Part shown: positions 11,101 through 24,300 of the stretch, piece by piece | How the letters are laid out: every line of letters starts with the position of its first letter | How positions within the stretch are numbered: the first letter of the stretch is position 1 | DNA from: Azolla caroliniana | Taxonomy: Eukaryota > Plantae > Polypodiophyta | Direction of reading: 5' to 3' | Length of the DNA stretch: 64,000 nucleotides | NCBI GenBank assembly: GCA_043228905.1 | Contig: JBHGNT010000005.1 | Location: 13,454,001-13,518,000, forward strand | Position numbers and translations under genes: made by a program | Notes under the pieces: generated by a model | What the model was told of the DNA's origin: nothing | Database searches by the model: none | The model's input: only the letters and a program-made list of their open reading frames with translations

Positions 11101-11689
11101 GGAGCGGTTACGCAAGATACAAGCGGATTTATCTACTCAACTCCAGCAAGCTCAACAATCACACAAGGACTACGCAGATCGTCATCGACTTCCATCCAGT
11201 TTTAACATTGGAGATCGGGTGTGGCTGCTACGACGACACATCAAGACTACTCGCCCATGTGAGAAGTTGGATTATCGGCGATTAGGTCCTTTCCGTATTA
11301 TCGGGAAGATTAATGATGTCACTTTTCGTCTCGAGCTACCTCCGCAACTTCGGATACATCCGGTGTTTCATAGTTCTCTCCTCGAACCCTATCACGAGAG
11401 CACTATCCCAGGACGTACTATACAACCACCACCTCCTATCGAGCTCGAAGATGGACCTGAGTATGAGGTCGCTGCCATCCTCGATTCCAAGATTGTTCGC
11501 AACAAGCTCTACTATCTAGTCGATTGGCTAGGATATAGTCCCAGCGAGCGTACTTGGGAACCGATCGAGAATGTGACCAATGCTCGTGCTCTTCTAGAAG
11601 ACTTCCATCAACGATATCCCGAGAAACCGGGTCCTCAATCCAAAACGACTCGTGGAACTCGTCGTTTTAAAGGGGGGATAGTGTCATAA
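8132..11689 (+). CDS. pol: chromovirus Pol: protease-RT-RNase H-integrase-chromodomain
   Basis: ALLDSGA, IYLDD, EADASD, HHCC/DDE integrase, GPF motif, chromodomain EYEVAAILD...YLVDWLGY...TWEP; uninterrupted 1185 aa ending inside the 3' LTR. Confidence 0.97.
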   Translation: MDSPRSVQPISGSIPSKQVSDVFVAQVAVSTKSTPPVHTLALLDSGANSCFMDRNFARAHQISLRKLPCPASVVVIDGRPIASGNIIEESEPVNIVLDNLTCVVSFNIISIPEHPIVLGLPWFELHNPDIDWRTREIRLRQTQGSTQKVATISLRQLREEGRKEEMFLFAISVQPSSTTKEESTVQLPEKYRQYADVFDKVQANTLPHHRPYDCAIDLQPGKEPPWGPIYNLSPTELEVLRAYIEENLENGFIRHSKSPAGAPIFFVKKKDGSLRLVVDYRGLNKVTVRNRYALPLISSLLERINGARFFTKIDLRGAYNLVRIRPGDEWKTAFRTRYGHFEYTVMPFGLTNAPAVFQHMANDIFRDLLDDFLIIYLDDLLVYSKTQEEHDSHVLLVLKRLREHGLYAKLEKCSFGCNQVEFLGYVISSEGISMDPAKVKTVIEWHTPRSVRDVQCFLGFANFYRKFIQNYSKIVLPLTQLTRKGQSFLWSKETDMAFESLKKAFTSAPILGHVDPEKPFIIEADASDFALGSILSQQGNDEKLHPVAFHSRKFDAAEINYEIHDKELLAIVDSFMQWRHFLEGSPHQVTVFSDHKNLAYFQDARVLNRRQARWAHFLTRFDFKITYRPGKHQGKADALSRRSYLTPRPGEPAFDNQKQVILGPARLQAAQVFDMPVDSDITNTIREDLKTDAFAQAILAQIDPSRASCSQSQSPGTDYRQFKYCDGLLFFKELLYVPNGSCRLRVVQNCHDTYTTGHFGSTKTLDLVQRSFWWPRMRQFVEDFVRTCDTCCRAKMPRHHPYGLLEPLPIPSKPWQSIALDFITDLPVSKGFSAILTVVDRYTKMAHFLPCTKEISSEDTAEIVMREVCRHHGLPDNIISDRGPQFVSKFWKHLFKMLKVTCHLSSGYHPQTDGQAERTNQTLEQYLRCFLNYHQNDWADILQFAEFAYNNAIHASTKVTPFYAYTGYHPRWCVLETPEVSTNPCAEDRLERLRKIQADLSTQLQQAQQSHKDYADRHRLPSSFNIGDRVWLLRRHIKTTRPCEKLDYRRLGPFRIIGKINDVTFRLELPPQLRIHPVFHSSLLEPYHESTIPGRTIQPPPPIELEDGPEYEVAAILDSKIVRNKLYYLVDWLGYSPSERTWEPIENVTNARALLEDFHQRYPEKPGPQSKTTRGTRRFKGGIVS

Positions 11690-11971
11690 CTAGACTCGAA
11701 CCCATAACCTTTTGTTACACGGGTCGAGACTTTACCATTAGGTTATAAATTGTAATTTGAAGGATATTATTTTCATTTAGGTTTTATTGGGAAATTGATG
11801 TATATTCCAGATTTCTCTGGAACATTCTAGAAACTTCAGGAGTATTCCTGAAGACACTATAAAAGGAGGCGCAAGGCATTAGTTCGAACCAAATCGGTTC
11901 AACGCCAGTCTTAAGCCTTCTAACTACTGTTGTATATCTTCCTTCATATAATACATATACCTTTCGCATCA

Positions 11972-12029
<58 letters not shown>

Positions 12030-12162
12030 ACCCATTCCTTCTCTCAAAGTTCGACACCTCTCATAGTACTAATCCTTCTCTGTCTTAGTACTATTCCCCG
12101 ACAATAGTACTAATCCTTCTTTTAGTACTAATTCCTTCTCTGCCTTAATAGAGTTCCTGACA
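11682..12162 (+). repeat. 3' LTR of chromovirus
   Basis: Matches 6362-6830. Confidence 0.97.
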
Positions 12163-13411
12163 GTTGCATTGTCGAGCACAGAGGCTGAGTATCAAGGAGA
12201 GGCTATCGCGACATGCAAAGCCATTTGGCTCAAGAGGCTACTCAAGGATATGCACATGTGGAGGTGTTCACTCTGATGACGATCTACTGCGACAACCTCA
12301 GCAGCATCCAACTTGTGAAAAACCTTGGCTTCCACGCTCGAACCAAACACGTTGAGGTGCACTACCATTTTGTCTGCGAGCGTGTCCTCTCGGTGAAGTC
12401 GAACTAGCGTATGTTCCAACGGATTGGAAAACTACCGACATCTTTACCAAGCCCCTTGGTCTCGACAAGTTGCGGCAATTATCGGGTGCACTTGGTTTGC
12501 GGCATCTCGGCGTGCCAAACTTGAAAGGGAGAAAAGACCAGGAAAGGAGCGGAAATGAACGTGAAGTAGAGTCAGATGAAGAATTCGATTTCAGGTCGGC
12601 TGAAGAAGCCGAAGGCGGAAACAGGGGCAGCAACCGAAGGGAAGAGCCGGAGTCAGCCGAACAAGGGGGAGATGAAGCCAAGACGGGCGAGAAGGCCAAG
12701 ACCAACACATGGTCTGATGTGGTTAAGGGCCTGAACACAAAAGCCAAATTGGAGATAGAATCAGAGACAACTGATTCAGTTCGAATGTTCAATTCGGAGA
12801 CACCGAATCAATTGAAGGCCAAGCGGAGGAAAGGGTAGCGGAAGAGGCGCCAATACCGCGACAGCAAGGGAGCGGAGAAAGGTCGCACAAGCAGATGAGT
12901 CGACTGAAAGGGTCAAGGCGCACGGAATCAAACGGGTCGAGGAGCGCGAGCGAGCGTGAATCGAGGAGAAGCCGGAACGAAGATCCGGAAGAGCATGTGG
13001 AACCTCAAGTTGAGCTTGAGGGGGAGTGTTGACATACAACCTCAACATTGGGTGCGTAAACCGGGTGCGCAACGAGAGGTCGTAGCGGTGCATAAACCAA
13101 GAGGCTGTTGGATAGATATTCCGAGGAATATAATTTTGGGAGTTAGTGTAGGGGATCATTGATAAGCATTGAAGTACGTGTTAGTACTTCTGTCAGTCCG
13201 TATGTACTTGTATAAAAGTGCTCTCTGAGCACTTCTTATGTACAAAGTTTTAAAGTATTATTTTGTAATAGAGTTTTCTGTGTTCTGCTCTCTTTGTCTC
13301 TCCCGTGTACGTTGTGTTGATTAAGCTTTCCATTAAACCTTCCTTGTACGTTTTCTTTTGTCTGTTGTTACCCGATTATGTCTATTAAGCTTCCACACGT
13401 ATTCTTTTACA

Positions 13412-14721
13412 AAAGGCTTAGATGACGAAAGTACTGTATGCCTCGGCCGCCGGTAGTTTAATATATGCTATGGTCTATACAAGACCAAACATAGCTAGCA
13501 TTTGTTGTGGGAGCAGTAAGCCGATACATGAGTAATCTAGGCAAAGAACACTGGGCAATGGTAAAATGGATACTCAAGTACTTAAAAGGCACCTCGGGGC
13601 TAAGCCTTAGGGTTGGTGTCGGAAAACCTATGCTCAAAGGTTTTACCGACTCGGATATGTCAGGGGATGCAGACTCAAGTCGATCCACTTTGGGGTACGT
13701 GATGACCTATGCAGTCACAACTTCAGAAATCTGCGGCCTTGTCAATTACAGAGGCTGATTACATGGCAACGGTAGAGGTTGAGAAAGAGCTAATCTGGAT
13801 GAGAAATTTTCTTAGCGAGTTGGGGATGAAGCAAAGGGAGTTTTCTGCTTCATTGTGACAACTAGAGTGGCATACATCAATCAACAAATTTTGTGTACCA
13901 CTCCTGAACGAAGCACATACAGAGAAGGTATCACTGGTTGCGGGAGAAAGTGGAAGAAGAAGAGTTTACCCGTGTAAAGATCCAAACTGACGACAATGGA
14001 TCCGACATGCTGAAAAAGAACCTATCGATGGACAGACTCAGATTCTTCGGACAGAGGACAGGTCTAACCGACTCTACCCATATGAGTGAAGGGGGAATTT
14101 GTTAGGAATATGTCCCTGCTATGGGTGCATCCGACTGGTCGAGCCGAGGGCTGACAATCGAAGACATGGAGAATCGACTAGGGGAGTCGACAGTAGTTAA
14201 GTTCAAGTCAAAGACACAACCAACTAGTCGGGCTGACCGTATGGTCGAAGATAAGGCCGATTGGACAGTTGACACTAGAGTCGACTAGTCATATCGACTA
14301 GACGATTCGTCGATTGAATAACTATTATTGTTATAATAGGAATGATAGTAGCAGTGGCTACATTTGTAAATAGCCCATACAGTGTATAAGTATAAATACA
14401 CTTAGGGCAAACATATACAGTGTGTAGAATGAGCAGAGTGCAAAATATAGAGAACAGAAATTGAAGAATTGATCGACAATGTGAGTGAGTGGCACCATAG
14501 TCGTGTGAGCTTAAACGTCAACAACCCTGCGTGGCTGACACATTTTGCATAAAGAGAGTGTTGTATACTACTTTCTGGTATTCTTCATTGTATAGTGAAT
14601 CTCTGTTTCTCGTGGTTTTCTCTGAATAGGGTGTCCATGTAAAATTGTGTATTCTGTGCATTTGTTGTGTTTTTTCTTTGTTTCTGCATTATTGTGTATT
14701 AGATAGTCAGTCTTCCTCACA
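13412..14721 (+). mobile_element. Tork/Tnt1-like copia RT-RNase H remnant with 3' LTR (~14100-14721)
   Basis: AVSRYMSNLGKEHW...GFTDSDMSGD; PPT GAAGGGGGAA before TGTTAGG at 14100; LTR end approximate. Confidence 0.75.
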
Positions 14722-15285
14722 AATCATAGGATTTGAAATATCTACCTCACGATCTTTCAGAACACTGAGACTCTATTGACGACATTCTTATTCTCGAACA
14801 TAATGCTGATCTTCTCCTAGAGGACATTTGCCTTGTTCTCTTCATTAAAGTTATTGTATAGACTCATCATGTCTATAAAACACCTTATGTATGTAACCGC
14901 CTTTAGATGCATGACTTCCCAGGTCGATGCATTGATCTTGTCTGGCTTGGTCTTGCTGTATTGCACCAAAAGTCTTTGCAAACGAGCATGTCCCACATCT
15001 TCGACTTCCACATTGAGTAGTTCGAGCTAGTTAGTTTGAACATGTCACCAAATGAGTCTTCCATTGCTCTTATACCACTTGTTGAGGAATGACCAGCCAC
15101 AACCGTTTGATATGTGTGCATATGCGGGTGCAAAGATCGAGAATAATAGTGCACAGACAAACAAAAAATAGAAGGTACCGAGGCACAGGTATTTAACATG
15201 GAAAACCCGAAATGGGAATAACCATGAGATCCCACAAACTCTGAACTAAATTACTATATCGAGAAGTAATACACAAAAAGTGTCA
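14722..15285 (-). mobile_element. copia 5' fragment (partial LTR, PBS, gag start)
   Basis: PBS-like TGGTATAAGAGC 15077-15066; MEDSFGDMFKLTSSNYSMWKSKM. Confidence 0.75.
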
Positions 15286-15439
15286 TGTCATGATGACACT
15301 CACATTATGCCTCAAAAGGATTTGAACCCACGACCTTGTTATACACATGTCAAACCATTAACCGTATATAGACCAAGACGTTAATAAACCAACTTGCTAC
15401 AAGGCTTGATGGTCTTTACAATTTTCTGTCAGATCCATA

Positions 15440-16480
15440 TGCAATCTCCAACTTGAAACTTGGGTCCTTCTGATGATGAGTGGATATGATGAAGATATGC
15501 AAATTTCTTATGTGTGGCTTGAGCATTATGTAAGTGAGCAAGAACAATGTAAATCTCTTGGAGTTGATGTACATGATCCTTAGCAATAGGATGTTTTGAC
15601 CTTTTCAATGCTCAAGCATTGTCCAACGGGGATAGACACCTATATTGGAAAAGAAGGGAGGAAATTAGTAGATGAATGAGCCGAATAATAGTAAGCAAAT
15701 CTTGCAAAATGCAAATAGTCAATCCAATCATCCTATTGGTAGTTGATGAAACAACAAAGATATTGTGGTTTGACCATCAACCTTTGGATGATAAGTCAAC
15801 GAGAGTTTACAAACAATTTAGAGGAGCCCAAACAAGAGTCTCCGAAATTTTGGAACCAATTATGGGCCTCCATCCCTAATGATATCATTAAGGAGACCGA
15901 TTTGTTGTATCTTCAATATTCATTATATTTTCACACTAAGTGAATCGATCCCCAATTGTGAGAACCCTTCAAAACCTTTATAAGATAGAAAATTAGTAAT
16001 GAAATTCAAAGAGATAGACTTCCATGGATCCTTAGGAGCTAGTAAGGATTGCAGGAGACAATATGGTTCGTTGATGTCGAAGACACATGAGTTGACAACA
16101 TGTAGACATCATCAGAGTAAAGAAGATGCTTCCACCAATAACTTCGAGAAACTAATTGCAAAGTCTTGCTAACACTACCATTAACATGTTGTGGTAGTGT
16201 TGTGAAATTAGGAGCCAAGAATGACTGTTAGAGACATAAAATAAATTAGTTCGAAAAAGTAAATTGTCATGACAACATAATTTATTATAATATTAATAAG
16301 AACCCTCAAACTTTGAACACAAAGCATGATTTGGAATGACATGATGCAAGACATCTTGTGTGAGTTGAGCTCCATCAAGATCATTAGGAATTGAATCAAT
16401 AAGCATGGAAACTATGGGTCTCATTAAGATGTTAGGTAACACCATGTGTAAGCGATCAGGACCAAGGAGGACTTGCTTTT
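15440..16480 (-). pseudogene. highly decayed gypsy integrase fragment
   Basis: Residual motifs YHPKVDGQT, INYQ*DDW and DIIRDGGP on -; boundaries approximate. Confidence 0.55.
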
Positions 16481-16504
16481 GATGGTCAAAAGCAAGTTCT
16501 GCTA

Positions 16505-16594
16505 TGTAAAGATTACGTGCAGAAGCTACAAACAGAACACAATCGGTTCAGCCGGACAACAATAGAGAAAACACAGAGAGTATGAAAATACACA

Positions 16595-16628
<34 letters not shown>

Positions 16629-18780
16629 TCGCAAACTACGCATCGAACTCCGACTACAACAATCGTAGCGGAATGTTCACGAATCACACATCGAATTCCG
16701 ACTACGGCGACCGTGGCGAAATGTTCGTAATGAGGCATAGAGCAAACTCTATGAAGGCCTCCAACTCCGCAAGCACCTCCAATTCGGAAGATGTGTGGTT
16801 CGTCGATTCCGGTGCCTCACATCACATGACATCGCACAAGGAGTGGTTCAATGACTTGCGTACACCGGATCGATTTGGCTACATAGAGACTCCATGCATC
16901 CCATTCGGGAAAGAAGGCGAGCAAACTTGCATCAAGAATGTCTTGCATGTGCCCACAATAACGAAGAATTTGGTCTCGGTCGGCCAAATCGTGGAGCAAG
17001 GCATGCAAGTCCGCTTCAACAACGAAGGTTGTTTCATCGAGAAACATGGCTGACTCATAGCCAAGGGACGGAGAGACGGTCGAATGTTCATCCTCGATTC
17101 AAACGAGGTGAAATCGGCAATGTACGCCAAAAGTCTCAAAACCGAGACAAGCATCAAGTTGTGGCACAAGAGAATTAGCCACATAAACCTCCAACGGCTT
17201 CGAGCGATGCAAACCAAGGGAGTCGTCATCGGACTTTTGACATTCGAGTCGAAACGAGTCGACTGAGTATGTGAAGCGTGTCAACTCGGCAAACAACATC
17301 AACTCCCATTCTCAAAGGAGAGCTCCGCAAGCAAAGGCCTCCTCGACGTCATACACTCAGATGTATGGGGACCGGCTCAAACGTTGATGATTGGCGGATG
17401 CTAATACTACATAACCTTCATCGACGACTACTCACGCTACGCGTGGATCTACTTGATGAAGAAGAAAAGCGAAGTGCTCTCCCACTTCCAGAAGCTCAAG
17501 CGTTCAGTCGAAAAAGAAACCGTTCGGCACATTCGATGCCTACGATCGGATGGAGGAAAAGAGTACTTCTCTGACGAATTCACCTCCTACCTCCAAAGTG
17601 AAGGCATTCGGAGAGAATTCTCTTGCCGACACACACCCCAACAAAATGGAGTCGCCGAAAGGAAGAATCTGCAAATACTCGAGGTAGCATGCGTCATGAT
17701 GCATGACAAGCACATGCTGAATTTCTATTGGGCCGAAGCGGCATCCACGATCATCTATCTCATGAACCAATGCACCACCAATGGAGTGCATGAGCTAACT
17801 CCATACGAGCTCCTCATCAAAAGGAAGCCGATCCTGTCGCACCTCAAGGTGTTCGGAAACATTGCGAATGTACGCATCCCGAACGTAAGCTGATAGAAGT
17901 CCGACGCAAAGTCGGAGGAATGTATCCTCATAGGATACTCGTCTTAGAAGAAGGCATACAAGTGCTACAACCCTTCTACCCGAGCGGTTCAAGTAAGTCG
18001 AGACGTAGTCTTAGACGAGTCCGCATCCTGGTACGCACCAGAGACAACTTCGACTCCGACTCCGCTCGACCCGGAATACGCCGAACAAGAGGAAGAAGAT
18101 GGAGATTGCTTCGAACACATGTTCGAAGAAAGTTTGATTATGGCAAAGCCTAGTGGGCCACAAGAACCCCCACGCGACCCAAGCATGTCGCGGCCAAGTA
18201 CGAACTTGGAGAAAGGCAAAGGTAAGATGCCCGAATACAAAGCCGACCACCTTGACGACAATGATTCGGATGGATCGGCTCCCTCACTAGACAGTGAGTT
18301 CGGTGTACCCATCATGCGTACACCCGGAGTAAAGAAGGAAATCACATTAGCGAGTGAAAAACTTCGATGCTCTTCTAGAGAGAAGAATCCCATCACTCGG
18401 CTCAGCCACAACGAGTATATGGCCCATCATTACGCCTTCGTGATGAAGTTAGTGGCCGAACAAGAGCCCAAGAGCTCCACCAAAGCGGCTCGTAACCCAC
18501 GATGGGTGGAAGTAGTCGACCTTTTCCCACACACTACAAGCCTCATAACCGGCTTGAGGGGGAGGAACCGAGATTGCCACGGCAAAGAAAGCCGAAGACC
18601 GGGCAGAAGCACACAAAGCCGACAAAAGCCAAAGTGGATGTCGGATGCCTCATACTTGAGCTTGAGGGGCGTGTTGAGAGATCAAGCTCAATTTAGTTTA
18701 GTTAGTTAGTCAACAATGTAACTTCGTAGTTACCTAGATAGAATCTAGTTAGAAGTGTTGACTATAACGCCTTAAATAGG
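16505..18780 (+). mobile_element. internally deleted copia (protease-integrase, PPT, LTR start 18672), preceded by an inverted LTR fragment 16505-~16640
   Basis: [31 protein letters not shown]; RT missing; GCTTGAGGGGCG then TGTTGAG. Confidence 0.8.
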
Positions 18781-19189
18781 ACCTTGTACTTAAGTGGGAT
18801 ATTCTACATCCTCCACTCCTAAGTACATTTAATATAGGACTTATACATTAGTACTCACACATGTGCACCTTTGCACATGAGATATATATATACCTCATTG
18901 TGGGTATTTTTATATTTGATGATGTTTTACAATATACACTCTAGTTTACTCATCCCCCATCGTGTGTTATTATTCATAACTCTCTCTCTCTCACACACAC
19001 ATATCACATAATCTTCCATGTACTAACTGTATCACTTAATTAGGTACTAAGTAACTCTTAATTACTTACCTAATTCTTAACATTGGATGTATTTCATTTT
19101 TTGTCTAATACAACTTCTTGTTCTCTTCTCTAAGTTCTCACACTCTCTCTCTTCATTTAATTTACACACACACATTCACATTCTGCTGC

Positions 19190-19600
19190 ATAGAAGTAGG
19201 TTTGATTCTTTACAGGAGGCAAGTACCACGAAGTCGACTCATCGAAAACGACATCTTGGCTTACTCGAATCTGTTTCATTTGGGGATTATAGCATTTATA
19301 ACTCTTTTGCATGTCCGAGTAGCCAACCAAAATGTACTTCTCGGCCTTCACATCCAACTTCCTCCTTTTCTTTTTCGGCACAGGCACATACGCTATTTTA
19401 CCGAACACCCTCCAATGTGCGAAGTTTGGTTTCTTTACGAAGTACAACTCATGTGGCGACACTTTCGCTCTAGCGGCAGATGTTCAATTCTGAAGGTATA
19501 CGATTGTTTTGACTGCTTTGGCCCAGTAGAACTTGAGCATGCTCTTCTCCTTAAGCATTTCTCTTGCTACTTCTTCAATCGTCTAGTTCTTCCTCTCATT
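19190..19600 (-). pseudogene. copia integrase C-terminal fragment
   Basis: RVFGKIAYVPVPKKKRRKLD...DVVFDES. Confidence 0.8.
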
Positions 19601-20806
19601 ACGCGAATCAATGTCCGACAAGGGAAAACGGGAAGGCACCAACTGTCAATATGGTTATACCCAAAATTCAATAGATGACCACTCGAAGCAAAGGTAAACA
19701 ATTGGAGTGGGAAGTCCAAGAAGCCGTTTGGAAAGTGGCTAAGGAATGGGTGGAAGAAGCTAATCAGAATAATGTCACCAGTATGATGCAGGATAATGAG
19801 TTATCAAAAAAGGAGAAATATGTTGAAATCTATTCCTCAATCTGAGACATTACCAGTGCAGGAACAGGAGGAGACCTGGAAGATTTTGGCTGACTGCCAA
19901 GTCTCATTACCTTTGTCAAGATTACTAAAATTAGTGCCCCAATTTACAGAAAAGGTGGCGTGGCAACTCTTGTTGCAGAAAAAGATGCAAATCAAGTATC
20001 GGTTAACTATAGCCAGCCAAGCAATGGCCCAACAATCATGATGAACAAAAGCCCTTCAATAAAAGTGATAATTCAAGGTCAGGAAATGGCCGAAACTATT
20101 GTCGATGTTGGTTCAAGAGTCAATGTCATCAATAAGACCACTTGTGATAAACAGGGAATTACCAATTGGGATGCATGTTCTTTCTGGTTACGAATGGCGG
20201 ACACAAGCACATTCCAGCAGTTGGATGTCATTCTACGAGGCCATGCTATTCAGATATCGGCAGCAGTGCTTCAATTGGATGCTCCTAGAGCATATCCACT
20301 CCTGTTTGGTCGACCATGGTTAAAAATGACTAATATTAAGCAAAATTGGAACAAGAATGTGCTAACATTCAGGAAGGGAAAAACTAAAATTTGGATATCA
20401 ACTCAAGACAAAGTCAGTATAGTTCGACAATGTCTACCAATCCATGCAGATTCAGTTAATATGATGGAAGGACTCGATGAAGCAGAGGAGGACCGGTATT
20501 TTAACAACAACCCAAAGATCATTCTGTTATTCAAAGTTGACATTTTGCAGACACTCACTTCTTATATAGAAGACAAGGAAGATGAAATTCTGGTAGATGA
20601 GCGAACATTAAAGAAGATTCGACTGCATCATGAAGCCACTGAAAAGGAAATGCAGGTGTATCAAAAAGTACAAGCATCGGCACTGGAGGAATTAAATTTA
20701 GCCGACACTAACACAGTGTTGAGAAGCAAGCTCAACATGGTATGCGATGCTTATTGGGAAATAAGCTATAGTAGTTATTTAGCTACTTGTGAACATAAAG
20801 GAGAAA

Positions 20807-20891
20807 CAGCTAATTAGCTACTGACAGCTATTTAGCTACTGACAGCTAATTAGCTACTGACAGCTATTTAGCGACTGACAGCTAATTAGCT
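20807..20891. repeat. 18-bp tandem repeat with palindromic core AGCTAATTAGCT in copia C LTR
   Basis: CAGCTA(A/T)TTAGC(T/G)ACTGA units; one extra unit in the 3' LTR. Confidence 0.85.
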
Positions 20892-21344
20892 GCATACGTA
20901 AGTAACTTATTACTTAGGTAGAAAGTAAGAGAGTAAGAAAAGAGAGAAGAAGATATACAGGAAGTAGAACTCTGTGAGAGAGATAGAGTATAGAGAGAAA
21001 GAACTCAGAGAGTGAGAGCAAGAGAGAGAAACAAACGAGAGCAAGTAGAGCTCTGCATATAATGAAATAGAAGAAGTTTTGGCTGCTACAGAGGTAAGTC
21101 TCCTTCCCCCTTCCCTTCTGTGTTTGAGCACTAAACGATCTAGCACACCACGATCCGCCGCGCACATAAGAAGAGCTCGAGTGCCTTCTTCACGTTTTCT
21201 TAACATGGTATCAGAGCAGAGTTGCTCATAAAGAAGAGTACAAAAGTGCATAGATCTGAGAAAGGTATTTCTCTGTTTGCTGATCTGAATCAGAAAGTTA
21301 CTTGTTGAAGTAATTGTAACAGAAAACCTAGGTTGGAAGAGATA

Positions 21345-24300
21345 ATGGCTGCAGAGAATGCGGGCCAAATAGTTACAGAGAAACTAGATAAAAACAATTT
21401 CCCGGCGTGGAAATTTAGAATGACAAATTTCCTAATGGGGAAAGGATACTTGGATTACATTGAAGGAGACCTAGAAGAGGCTCCGGAGATCCCAGAAGAA
21501 AATGCCACAGCAGCACAGATTAAAGCATTCAAAGATTGGAATCAAGGGGCAAGGAAGGTAATGCATTGGCTCTCACTTAGCATCTCAGGTTCGATGCTTG
21601 GGCACATACAGGATGCTATGCTCCCAAAAGAAGCTTGGGACAGTTTGGTAAAACTGTTTGCAGTAAACACAAAAGCTAGAAAGCTACAGTTGAAGACTGA
21701 GCTAAATACCTTAGAAAAAGGTAAGATGTCAATAAATGAGTATGCCTTAAAAATAAAGAGCATATGTGAATCACTTGCTTCTATCAATGTAAAGATAGAA
21801 GATGATGATAAGGTAGAAATATGCTTGAGAGGCTTGGGACCCCAATACAAAAGCTTTAAAACCTCTATGCTTACAAGGGATAGTATCCCAAGTTTCTCAG
21901 ATCTGGTTTCAATGCTTGTAGTAGAAGAAAGGAATCAGATGGATGATGTAAATAAAGGAAATCTTGAGAATGAGGGGCAAGCCCTATATAATAGTGCTGG
22001 AAGAGGCCGAGGAAGAGGCCATGGAAGATTTGGTTCAGCAAGAACCAACAATAATGGTTATCAAGGAAGAGGACAACAAACCATTAGAGGAAGAAACAAC
22101 AATAGAGGCAGGGGGAGCAACCAAGGTAGAGGTAAGCAAACATATGTAAATGATGATGGCTGTTGGTATTGTGGAAAACCAGGCCACACACAGGCTGAAT
22201 GTTACAAGAAGCAAAATGATGAGCAAAGAGGAAAGAGACAGCAGAATAACTATGCCCAAACTAGTGAAGATTGTGAAAAAGATGGTGCATTTGTGGTACA
22301 ACATGAGATAGCAGCAGTGGCTGAAAGCTCACAGAAATGTAATGAAGAGTTTACATGGTATGTAGACTCGGGGGCATCTAACCATATGACTGGACATGCA
22401 AACTGGTTTGAAAGGTTGAGAGAACCAGAGATTCCTGGCTATGTACAGACGGGTGATAATAGTACTCACCAAATAGAACATGTTGGAGATATTCCATTGT
22501 GGGAAGAAAAAGGAAAGACTAAGTATATGTTGAATGTAATGCATGTTCCAAATCTTGCTAAGAATCTGATTTCTGTTGGACAGATAGTAGAGCAAGGTAT
22601 GCAAGTAAAGTTTAAGCAAAGTGGATGCTATATAGAAAAGAATGGAAAGCTCATTGCAAAAGGAAAACGACAAGGAAGAATGTTTATTTTGGATGTTGAC
22701 ATGCCTAGACAGATTTCAGCTATGTTTGCAAATGGAATGAGTGTAGTCTCAGATGTGGAAATGTGGCATAAAAGGATTGGCCACATAAGTATGCAAACCC
22801 TAAAGAATATGTTGAGAAAAGATGCAGTGGCTGGACTGCCAAAACTGAAAAATTGTGAAATGGGAAAGATATGTGAAGCATGTCAATATGGAAAGCAAAA
22901 TAGGTTGCCATTCCCTCATGAAAGACATGTAAGTAAAAATTTGTTGGATTTGGTACCTACGGATGTATGGGGACCAACTAAGAATGCATCTATCGGTGGC
23001 TGCAGATTTTATGTAACTTTTATTGATGATTGCTCAAGGAAAACATGGGTGTACTTCATGAAAGAGAAAAGTGAAGTGTTTGAATGTTTTCGTAAGTTTA
23101 AATGCATGGTAGAAAAGCAGGCAGGTACAAGAATAAAATGTTTAAGATCTGATGGAGGAGGAGAGTATTTCTCCAATGAATTTTCTGATTTTCTATGCAA
23201 TCAGGGAATAAGAAGACAGTTCACATGTAGATATACTCCACAGCAAAATGGAGTTGCTGAGAGGAAAAACAGAACATTGGTGAACATTGCAAGGGCTTTG
23301 ATGACAGAGAAGAATATGCCATTGTACTATTGGGCAGAAGCTGTAAATACAGCAAATTATATTCTAAATAGATGTATAACATCGGGAGTACATGAAGCAA
23401 CTCCTGAAGAGTGTTTCTATGGAAGGAAACCTAGTATAGAACACTTAAAAGTGTTTGGATGCCTTGCATATGTACATGTGCCTGCAGAAGTAAGAAGTAA
23501 GCTGGATCCAAAGGCAGAAAAATGTATTTTTGTTGGCTATTCAGAAGAACAAAAAGGGTATAGATGCTATAACCCTGTAACAAAGAAGATTGTGACAAGT
23601 AGGGATGTAATCTTTGATGAGTTAGCCAGCTGGTATAGTCCAAAACAGAATCCAGAGACTGATGAAGACAATGAGATTGAAGACAAAGACAAATCTGAAA
23701 ACATAGAAGACTGCCACAGAGATGGAAGCAAGGATGGACAGCAAAGTCCAACATCAACAGAATGTTCTGGACCATCAAAAAGCTCAGATGGTAAATCTGA
23801 TTCAAATTCTTGGAGTGGAAAAAGCGGAGGACACAAAAAATGTGATGATAAAAAAGGAAAACAGAAAATGCTAGAGTATGAAATGTTGGATGACTTGTCT
23901 AAAAACATGGAAGATGAGGATTCAGATGTGTCATTGGATGATCTTCTTGGTATAAGAGGATTGAAAATCCCTGGTATGGAAAAAGCATTGAAGGATGCAA
24001 ATCAGAAACTGAGAAGATCAGATAGAGAGAAAAAAACTGTTGAAAGATTTGGTTATGATACATACATGGCTATGCATTATGCATACATGTCTAAGGTGGT
24101 ACAGATCCCTGATCCAAGTAGTTTTGATGAGGCTAAAACTGAGAAGAAATGGGTGGACGCAATGCAAGAAGAGATTGATGCATTGGCTGAAAACAGAACA
24201 TGGGATTTGGTGAAGTTACCAAAAGAAAAAAATGTGGTAGGTTGCAAATGGGCCTACAAGACAAAGCATGATTCCAGTGGGAATGTAAGTAGACATAAAG

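Larger units (their letters stand above)
6362..12162 (+). mobile_element. full-length Ty3/gypsy chromovirus (Tcn1/Tf1-sushi-like), recent insertion
   Basis: TG...CA LTRs 6362-6830 and 11682-12162, apparently identical except a 12-bp (CT)n length difference; TSD GTTGC (6357-6361, 12163-12167); PPT AAAGGGGGGATAG 11669-11681; gag plus PR-RT-RH-IN-chromodomain. Confidence 0.97.
5840..13411 (+). mobile_element. copia element B (same family as A), RT-RNase H-3' LTR remnant split by the chromovirus
   Basis: MKNLGDFHYFLGIE (5860), WSCKKQSIVA|LSSTEAEY continuous across the insertion; PPT TTGAGGGGGAG 13016-13026; LTR TGTT...TTTTACA 13027-13411. Confidence 0.88.

Noticed and set aside
20807-20891. CRISPR-like palindromic repeats
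   Set aside because: Contiguous tandem units without unique spacers, inside a eukaryotic LTR; no cas genes
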